Positions 57,877-64,000 of a stretch of DNA of 64,000 nt are shown here, in pieces. Both the position numbers and the translations under genes were made by a program. The DNA lies in contig JBDRCO010000072.1 in the NCBI GenBank assembly GCA_043821645.1, forward strand, positions 32,001-96,000, read 5' to 3'. The stretch is from Pseudomonadota bacterium (GTDB taxonomy: Bacteria > Myxococcota > JACRCW01 > JAFGSX01). The number at the start of each line of letters is the position of its first letter. Within the stretch, counting starts at the first letter, position 1. A model generated the notes under the pieces. That model did not search any database, was not told the DNA's origin, and saw only the letters and a list, made by a program, of their open reading frames with translations.

Positions 57877-59256
57877 ATGACGACGAGAAAAACGCAACAC
57901 CCGGCCGTCTCCCGTAGCTTACCTCGACGTCGATCGCGGTTGCGGGGCACTGCCGTCCTCGCCCTGGTCGCGCTGACCGCATGCCCCGAACTTCCGGACG
58001 TGTTGCCGCTCCTCGATGGTGGCGCGGTAGAGGCTGGCGCCGGTGATGGGCGCATCGCCGACCGGACGGGGGCAGATTTCGGCCACTTTGACGCAGCCGG
58101 CAACGACGCCTCCTGCGGCCCGAACACGCCGCTGTACGGAGATCCCTGCGGCGACTGTGGGATGTACCTGTGCGATCTGACCGGCGCCCTGGTGTGCATC
58201 GATCCCGGGCGCAATGCCTGCAACGTCTGCGGCGAGCTCGACGAGAGTGCCGGCCGCCTCGGTCATCCCTGTGGCAGCTGTGGCCAGGTGCAATGCACCG
58301 CGGATGGCCTGGCGACCCACTGCGTGGGCGAACACACCCCCAACGCCTGTGGCGGCTGTGAGCCCATCAACCCCGTCGACGCCGGCTCCCCTGACGCGCA
58401 CCTCAAAGGACCGCCGGGCGCGAGCTGCTCGTCGTGTGGCAGCGGGACCTGGCGCTGCACGGCGGACCTCAACGACCTGGCCTGCCACCGTGGTCGGGGT
58501 CTCACGGCCTGCGGCAGCTGTGAACGCTGCGTGCTCTACCACGCCACCATGGACCAGCGCTTCGGCGGCGCCTACCTCAAGGCGGGAACGCTGGCCCTGG
58601 TCGAGGACACCGGCACCGATGTCGACGTCGGCAGCAGCGAGGTGGCGGGTACCAGCCGCTCCCTGGTCTTCGATCCCCTCATCGCAGGACCGGGCGCCAG
58701 CGGACTGGCCCTGGCGTACGTTATGCTGTCCCCGACGGCCGATCCTGACGACTTCAACGCCATGCTGATGTTCCCCGAATTCTCGGCTAGCGGCGACGGG
58801 ATCCAGTCCGACGACCTGCGGCGCTACATCGTGTACAGCTGGATGTCCCTCGACGAGTACCGCTACGTGCTCATCTACGACTACTTTTTAGAGACCCTGA
58901 TCTCGGTGGGAGAGCTGGTGCCCGGGCCACCCCTCGCTGCCGGTGTCGACGGAGGCCTGGAAGACGCGACCCTGACCGATGGCGCGAGGCAGGACGGCCC
59001 CATCGCGGAGGGCGGTGCTGGTACCGACGCCGGCGCGGGAGACGCGGCCCATTCCGACGGCACTCTCGTCGACACCCGCGTCCCCGACGGCGCAATCTCC
59101 GACGGCGGACACGACACGTCACCCGACAGCAGCGCGGCTCTTGACGGCGGGCTTCCCGATCAGAACGCCGTCGACACGACGGTCGAGGATGTGAACACGA
59201 CGGACGCCCGGACCGAAGACCTGGTGCTCGAGGACGTCCCCACCGACGCCAACTGA
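57877..59256 (+). CDS. Cys-rich lipoprotein with a DM13-like domain and an acidic DAG/DGG tail
   Basis: Lipobox LTAC. C-G-x-C-G...C...C...NAC-x-x-C repeats. AYVMLS...SLDEYRYVLIY...VGEL resembles DM13. Confidence 0.75.
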   Translation: MTTRKTQHPAVSRSLPRRRSRLRGTAVLALVALTACPELPDVLPLLDGGAVEAGAGDGRIADRTGADFGHFDAAGNDASCGPNTPLYGDPCGDCGMYLCDLTGALVCIDPGRNACNVCGELDESAGRLGHPCGSCGQVQCTADGLATHCVGEHTPNACGGCEPINPVDAGSPDAHLKGPPGASCSSCGSGTWRCTADLNDLACHRGRGLTACGSCERCVLYHATMDQRFGGAYLKAGTLALVEDTGTDVDVGSSEVAGTSRSLVFDPLIAGPGASGLALAYVMLSPTADPDDFNAMLMFPEFSASGDGIQSDDLRRYIVYSWMSLDEYRYVLIYDYFLETLISVGELVPGPPLAAGVDGGLEDATLTDGARQDGPIAEGGAGTDAGAGDAAHSDGTLVDTRVPDGAISDGGHDTSPDSSAALDGGLPDQNAVDTTVEDVNTTDARTEDLVLEDVPTDAN

Positions 59257-59333
59257 CCGCCTCCCGACCTCAGCGGAAGCGTCACGGGACGCCACCGGTC
59301 GTGGGGACGTCGAGCCTCGACGTTTTGCGAACC

Positions 59334-59906
59334 TTAGCGGGAACAACGCGGATACAGCGAACTCTCCTGCAGCGCCTGGGTACAGACCTCCAGAGTGTGA
59401 GGCGCAAGTGCATCCAGCTGCAAACGCAGCGCCTGCTCGCACGAGGACTGGCCCAGGCAGAGCCGACCACCGTCAGCCACGGGCCCGCAGGTCCTGTCAA
59501 CCAGGATGTCGCAGGTGTTGACGGCGTGGCAGTCGGGGTAACGCGCCGTGTCCTGCAGCGCGTTCCCGCAGCGCTCCAGGCCGTCCTCGAATTCCGTCAT
59601 CAGCGTCACCGCGGCGCAGGCCGGAGAATCCTGGCAGGCGTGATCCGCGCCGCAGACCCGGCTCATGAGGTCCGCGCAGGCTCCGCTGGTCAACCGGCCC
59701 AGGTAGTCCGTGCAGCGTGCTGGCCAGTCCAGGGTGTCGACCACACCAGCGTCGAGGGCGGCACCAAGGTACTGATCCCAGCACTCCTGGGCCGACAGAT
59801 TGTCAGCACTCAGATCGGTGGGCGCCCTGTCCTCTGCAGAACACTGCATGGCCGTCGAGCTGACCACGGCAAAACAGACAAGGAACACCGGCTTCAAGGT
59901 CGACAT
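59334..59906 (-). CDS. Secreted or lipoprotein six-Cys repeat protein (paralog B)
   Basis: Signal-like N-terminus MSTLKPVFLVCFAVVSSTAMQC. Two C..CG..C..C..C..AL..YPxC repeats. Confidence 0.75.
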   Translation of the reverse strand: MSTLKPVFLVCFAVVSSTAMQCSAEDRAPTDLSADNLSAQECWDQYLGAALDAGVVDTLDWPARCTDYLGRLTSGACADLMSRVCGADHACQDSPACAAVTLMTEFEDGLERCGNALQDTARYPDCHAVNTCDILVDRTCGPVADGGRLCLGQSSCEQALRLQLDALAPHTLEVCTQALQESSLYPRCSR

Positions 59907-60421
59907 GGGGGATACAGCGCCTTCTCGTTGAGGGCCGACACACACCGCTCCTGGCGCTCGAACTCCTGCGCGCCAGTCTGCACATCGGACATGCCAGCGT
60001 CGGCCAGTGTGACGAGGGCGCCGACCAGGAGGTTGGCGTTGATGCAGGCGGGCGTCGCGTGGCAGGTGCGCGTACCCGTGGCAGGGTCCGGGCTCCCGCA
60101 CACCACCTGCACGAGCTCCGCGCAGGAGTCCCCATCGAGCACCACACCCCCCAGGTCGCGGCACACGGGATAGCGCGAGACATCCTGCAAAGCCTGCTGA
60201 CAGCGCTCGCCGCTGCGGTCTTGCTGCACCAGATAGCGCGCAGCCTCGCACGACAGCTCGTGTTCGCATTGCATGGCCGGACCACAGGTCGTGCTCAGGA
60301 GCACGGCACAGGCTTCCTCGGCCGGCACCAGACCCGCATCATCACCCAGGTTCTCCGGCAGCACGCAGGCCCCGAAGATGAGGCCGCCATAGACACCGAG
60401 CAGCAGGACCACGGTCTTCAT
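59894..60421 (-). CDS. Lipoprotein with six-Cys repeats (paralog A)
   Basis: GGAG SD and lipobox IFGAC. Two repeats like those of the downstream gene. Confidence 0.78.
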   Translation of the reverse strand: MKTVVLLLGVYGGLIFGACVLPENLGDDAGLVPAEEACAVLLSTTCGPAMQCEHELSCEAARYLVQQDRSGERCQQALQDVSRYPVCRDLGGVVLDGDSCAELVQVVCGSPDPATGTRTCHATPACINANLLVGALVTLADAGMSDVQTGAQEFERQERCVSALNEKALYPPCRP

Positions 60422-60487
60422 GAGTGTGTAGTATACTCCATATCGGTCGCCACACACCGTGCGACCCCTGATTGCTGGTGCTGTCTG

Positions 60488-61357
60488 ATGAGATCATCCC
60501 TGGCCCTGCTCGCGCTCTATCTCCTGATCTCGCCGCACCCGGTGCGCGCGCAGGCCGAGTCCCGACCCCGCCAGAAGGTCGCGGTGTTCGATCTGCGCAC
60601 CACCGGTCTCGACGACGGAGCCCGCGGATCCCTGATGGCCGTGTTGACCAAGGCCGTGGCGGCGGCCCCCTGGCTCGATGTGGTGAGCCGCGACGAGATC
60701 GCCACCATGCTCGACGCCGAGGCCCAGAAGCAACTGGTGGGCTGTGACGATACCGGCTGCCTGGCTGAGATCGCGGGAGCCCTCGACGTGGACATGCTGG
60801 TGGCAGGGAGCGTGACCCGGCTCGGCGAGTCGCTGGTGGTGACCCTGCAGCTCATCAACCAGCGCTTTGCCAATGTCATGAACCGGGTGGCTGTGACCTG
60901 GAATGGCCCGCACGATCGTCTGCCCGAGGTCCTGGAAGCCGCTGTGCAGTTGCTGATCCTGGAACCCGCAGACCGGGTGCCGGTGCGGGTTCAGGTGATC
61001 GAGGCGCCGGCGGAGACCGAGGTGTTCGTCGACGAGCACGAGAAGGGCCTGGTGGATGCCCAGGGTCAGCTCGAGGTGGTGGACGTGGCCGTGGGTCTGC
61101 ACACGCTGCGCCTGACCGCGCCTGGTCACCAGATGCGCGAGATCCCCTTCGTCGCGCGCGTCGGCAAGAACATCCGCGTCAACGGAGCCCTGGAGCCGCT
61201 GCCCTTCTACGCCACCTGGTGGTTCTGGACCGGCGCGGCGGTGCTCGGTGGTGGCGCCATTCTGGCAGGTGCGGTGGCGACGGTGCTGGTGCTGTCGGAT
61301 AACACCGGATCGGTGCGCATCGAAGCCAACCCCAACACGGCACAGGAGGTCCCATGA
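60488..61357 (+). CDS. Exported PEGA-domain protein with an N-terminal CsgG/DUF2380-like domain and a C-terminal hydrophobic segment
   Basis: Signal peptide ending VRA. VAVFDL and GCDD.GCLAEIAGAL. PEGA P..EVFVD...G.H.L...PG. PFYATWWFW followed by a TM segment. Confidence 0.8.
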   Translation: MRSSLALLALYLLISPHPVRAQAESRPRQKVAVFDLRTTGLDDGARGSLMAVLTKAVAAAPWLDVVSRDEIATMLDAEAQKQLVGCDDTGCLAEIAGALDVDMLVAGSVTRLGESLVVTLQLINQRFANVMNRVAVTWNGPHDRLPEVLEAAVQLLILEPADRVPVRVQVIEAPAETEVFVDEHEKGLVDAQGQLEVVDVAVGLHTLRLTAPGHQMREIPFVARVGKNIRVNGALEPLPFYATWWFWTGAAVLGGGAILAGAVATVLVLSDNTGSVRIEANPNTAQEVP

Positions 61358-62580
61358 TGCGGGGCGCGACCTGGCTGTTCGCACTCCTCGTGGTCGCCGC
61401 CACCAGCTGCGCCGGGGGAGGCCACGAGATCGCCCTGGGGCGACCGCAAACCCTGCGCGGCCTCGAGGGCGTCCCCCTGAGCGCGACCGCCGAGGTGTAC
61501 CGCGAGGCCCAGGGATGCACGGGCAAGACCGTCACCACCGAGACCCTGGACGCGCAAGGTGATCGCTTCGTGGGGACCCTGCACCTGCGCCCCGGCGCAT
61601 ATTTTTTCTGTGTGCGTTTTCGCTCCGGGGACACCGAGCTGGGTCTGTACCAGGACCTGGCTCTCGAGGTGACGCTGGGGGCCGACGACACCCTCAAGCT
61701 CCTCGATACCCATTTCCATTATCGCGACCTGGACGACGATCAGGATGGCATCGCCAACCTGGATGAGGTGCGCTTCAATTTCGATCTCAACACTCCGGAC
61801 ACGGACAGCAGCACCCGGGTCGACCTGCCGGCGCAGCCAAGCTTCGAGCTCGGTGCCTCGGACAGTGCCGCAACCGTCGTCGAGATCCCGGCTCACAACA
61901 TCGCGATACCCGCCTTCGCCATCGACAGGCTCGAGGTGAGCGTCGAGCGCTACCGCCTGTGTGTGGTGCGCAACCAGGATCCGTGCGCGCCGCCGCGCGG
62001 CATGGATCTGTTCGAGTTCATGAACCTCAACGCGACCGCCCGCCAGCTCCCGGCCACCGGCGTCGCGCTGGAGGATGCCAGACGTTTCTGCCAGGACGTG
62101 GCAGGGGGCGACCTGCCCCTGGAGCAGCAGTGGGAATATGCGGCACGGCCCGATGGCACGGTCTACCCGTGGGGCGACCAGCCCCCCGACGCTGGGCAGG
62201 CGCGCTGCGACTGGATCAACGCCCGCTGGCCGGCGGGTCCGTCCTCGTACCCGTGCTTCGGGGACAGTACGCCGGAACTGGTACCGGTCGCCCACTTTGA
62301 CCTGACCGGAGATCTTCGCGGCTGCAGCCGACGCCCGGGCTCTTCGGCGCCGGACGGCCCCTGCCAGATGGCCGGCAACGCCTGGGAGTGGACGCGCAGT
62401 GACTTCGTGCCCTACGATGGTCCGGCCTGGCCTTCGCCGGGTGCGCTGACCGTCGTCCGCGGTGGCAGTGCGGACTCCCTCGACCACTCTCTCCGCTCGA
62501 CCTTCCGCGTGGGGGTGGCCCCGGACCTGAGTGGCAGCGAGGCCTTGGCACCCCTGATCGGGTTCCGCTGCGTGTACTGA
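61354..62580 (+). CDS. Lipoprotein with an FGE-sulfatase (SUMF1-like) domain
   Basis: Lipobox ATSC. F.IDR.EV, LP.E.QWEYAAR, YPWG, MAGNAWEW, RGGS and GFRC. ATGA overlap with the upstream gene. Confidence 0.88.
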   Translation: MMRGATWLFALLVVAATSCAGGGHEIALGRPQTLRGLEGVPLSATAEVYREAQGCTGKTVTTETLDAQGDRFVGTLHLRPGAYFFCVRFRSGDTELGLYQDLALEVTLGADDTLKLLDTHFHYRDLDDDQDGIANLDEVRFNFDLNTPDTDSSTRVDLPAQPSFELGASDSAATVVEIPAHNIAIPAFAIDRLEVSVERYRLCVVRNQDPCAPPRGMDLFEFMNLNATARQLPATGVALEDARRFCQDVAGGDLPLEQQWEYAARPDGTVYPWGDQPPDAGQARCDWINARWPAGPSSYPCFGDSTPELVPVAHFDLTGDLRGCSRRPGSSAPDGPCQMAGNAWEWTRSDFVPYDGPAWPSPGALTVVRGGSADSLDHSLRSTFRVGVAPDLSGSEALAPLIGFRCVY

Positions 62581-62592
62581 CGACACAACACG

Positions 62593-64000
62593 ATGCGCAT
62601 CCAGACACGCCTGCTCCTGATCCTGCTCGTCGTGGCGCTCGTGCCCGTGACCGTGAGCGGTGTGACGGCCGTGATGCTGAGCCGGCGCGTGCTCACGCGG
62701 CAGATCCAGCAGGTGCAGGTCACCGAGGCGAGGACCCTGGCCGAGAACGTCGACAGCTACATCGGAGAGGCACTGCGCGAGTTGCGCCTGGTCGCCGACA
62801 TCACACCCTTCGCCACCCTGTCCGGCGAAGAACAGCGAGGTGCCCTGGGCCTGGTCTACCGCCTGCACGATGGATTCAACGTGGCCGGGCTGGTGGACAG
62901 TGCCGGCGAGGGCGTGGGACCCCCCGTCTTCACCACGGACAAGGCCAGCGACCCCAGCACCGCGCGCCACCACCCGGTCAACGAGGCCGAGCTGGTCCGT
63001 TTTGCCTCCAACATTCCGCTGCAAGCGGCGCTCACCGCCGGCGCCGCGGTGGGCCCGGTCTACGTGTCGACCGAGAAGGGCTTGCCCCTGCTGGTGCTTG
63101 CCGTGCTGGTTCCGGGGCGGGTTCAGGATCGCGAGATCGTTCTCGCGGTGGAGCTGGCCCTGGATCCCGTGCTCAAGCGCGTGCAGGAGACGGCGTCGCA
63201 GGTCGGTGCCACGGCCTACATCGTGGACAGCCGCGGCCGCGTGGTGGCTCACAGCCTGCCCGAGGTTGCCCTCGCGCGCAGCGACTTCAGCGAGCGAAAG
63301 CCGGTCCAGGCCATCACGGGCAGCGCGCTCGATAGCCACGGCATGGTCCGCTACCGGGCCGGCGACACCCGGCTCGCCTCGGCCTTTGCCAGGCTCGGAC
63401 GCTTGCCCTGGGGTGCCGTGGTCGAGCGGCCCGAACAGGAGGCCTTCGCCCCTGCCAACCAGATCGCCAAGCAAACCATCTTCTGGATCGCCGTCGCCCT
63501 CATCTGCGCCATCGCCGCAGGCCTGGTACTGTCGCGGAGCATTGGCGACCCCCTGCATGCACTGACGCGGGTCGCCGAGTCCCTGGGGCAAGGCGACCTC
63601 GACGTGAGGGCCCGCGTCTCCGGCCGCGACGAGCTGTCGCAGTTGGCCTCCTCCTTCAACCAGATGGCCGACGCCATTGCCCGGCGTGACGAGGAGCTGC
63701 ACGCCTTTGCCGACGACCTGCAAAAGCGTGTGGAGGAGCGAACCCGCGAACTCAAGCTGGCTCAGGACCAGCTGCTGCAATCCGAGAAGCTGGCTGCGGT
63801 GGGCGAGCTGGGCGCGGGCGTGGCACACGAGATCAACAACCCGCTGGCCGGTGTCCTGGGCTCTGCCCAGCTGTTGCTGCTGCGCACGGAGCCCGACCAT
63901 CCGTCCCGCGAGCACCTGGGCAACATCGAATCCGAAGCTTTGCGGATCCGCGAGATCGTGCAGAACTTGCTACAACTGGCCCAGAGCAAGGAGAAGGCGG
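62593..64000 (+). CDS. Sensor histidine kinase (TM, Cache-like domain, TM, HAMP, HisKA); 3' end runs off the window
   Basis: MRIQTRLLLILLVVALVP. HAMP ...GDLDVR.....RDELSQLASSFNQMA. H-box SEKLAAVGELGAGVAHEINNPL. No stop before the window edge. Confidence 0.93.
   Translation, partial: MRIQTRLLLILLVVALVPVTVSGVTAVMLSRRVLTRQIQQVQVTEARTLAENVDSYIGEALRELRLVADITPFATLSGEEQRGALGLVYRLHDGFNVAGLVDSAGEGVGPPVFTTDKASDPSTARHHPVNEAELVRFASNIPLQAALTAGAAVGPVYVSTEKGLPLLVLAVLVPGRVQDREIVLAVELALDPVLKRVQETASQVGATAYIVDSRGRVVAHSLPEVALARSDFSERKPVQAITGSALDSHGMVRYRAGDTRLASAFARLGRLPWGAVVERPEQEAFAPANQIAKQTIFWIAVALICAIAAGLVLSRSIGDPLHALTRVAESLGQGDLDVRARVSGRDELSQLASSFNQMADAIARRDEELHAFADDLQKRVEERTRELKLAQDQLLQSEKLAAVGELGAGVAHEINNPLAGVLGSAQLLLLRTEPDHPSREHLGNIESEALRIREIVQNLLQLAQSKEKA

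Noticed and set aside
62440-62580. FGE/CLec-fold C-terminus as a diversity-generating retroelement target
   Set aside because: No reverse transcriptase and no template-repeat copy were seen in the window.
61207-63915. 902-aa minus-strand ORF, and similar long ORFs opposite pepN, the prolyl oligopeptidase, the antiporter and others
   Set aside because: They are high-GC antisense shadows of well-supported genes on the other strand and contain no recognisable motifs.

Overview
A GC-rich chromosomal window from what looks like a Myxococcota-type (deltaproteobacterial) bacterium. The assignment is inferred from TIGR02266-like PilZ proteins, MYXO-CTERM-like tails and many Cys-rich lipoproteins with DAG-rich linkers. 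It holds about 45 CDS and one tRNA-Arg(CCG). I see no CRISPR array, integrase, transposase or prophage. Housekeeping genes (ppiD, clpX, moxR/DUF58, pepN, prolyl oligopeptidase, efpL, yqeY, exbB-like) are mixed with many secreted Cys-rich surface proteins. Two observations stand out. (1) A giant minus-strand ORF (5506 to <1, at least 1835 codons, absent from the ORF track because it has no stop in the window) carries an internal MYXO-CTERM-like sorting signal followed in frame by a second lipoprotein-type signal peptide, which makes it a candidate bacterial polyprotein. (2) An isopentenyl phosphate kinase, UbiX and an archaeal-type UbiD decarboxylase together match the lower half of the archaeal mevalonate pathway. 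All calls come from reading motifs by eye, with no database searches, and several start codons were re-chosen from the supplied ORFs.
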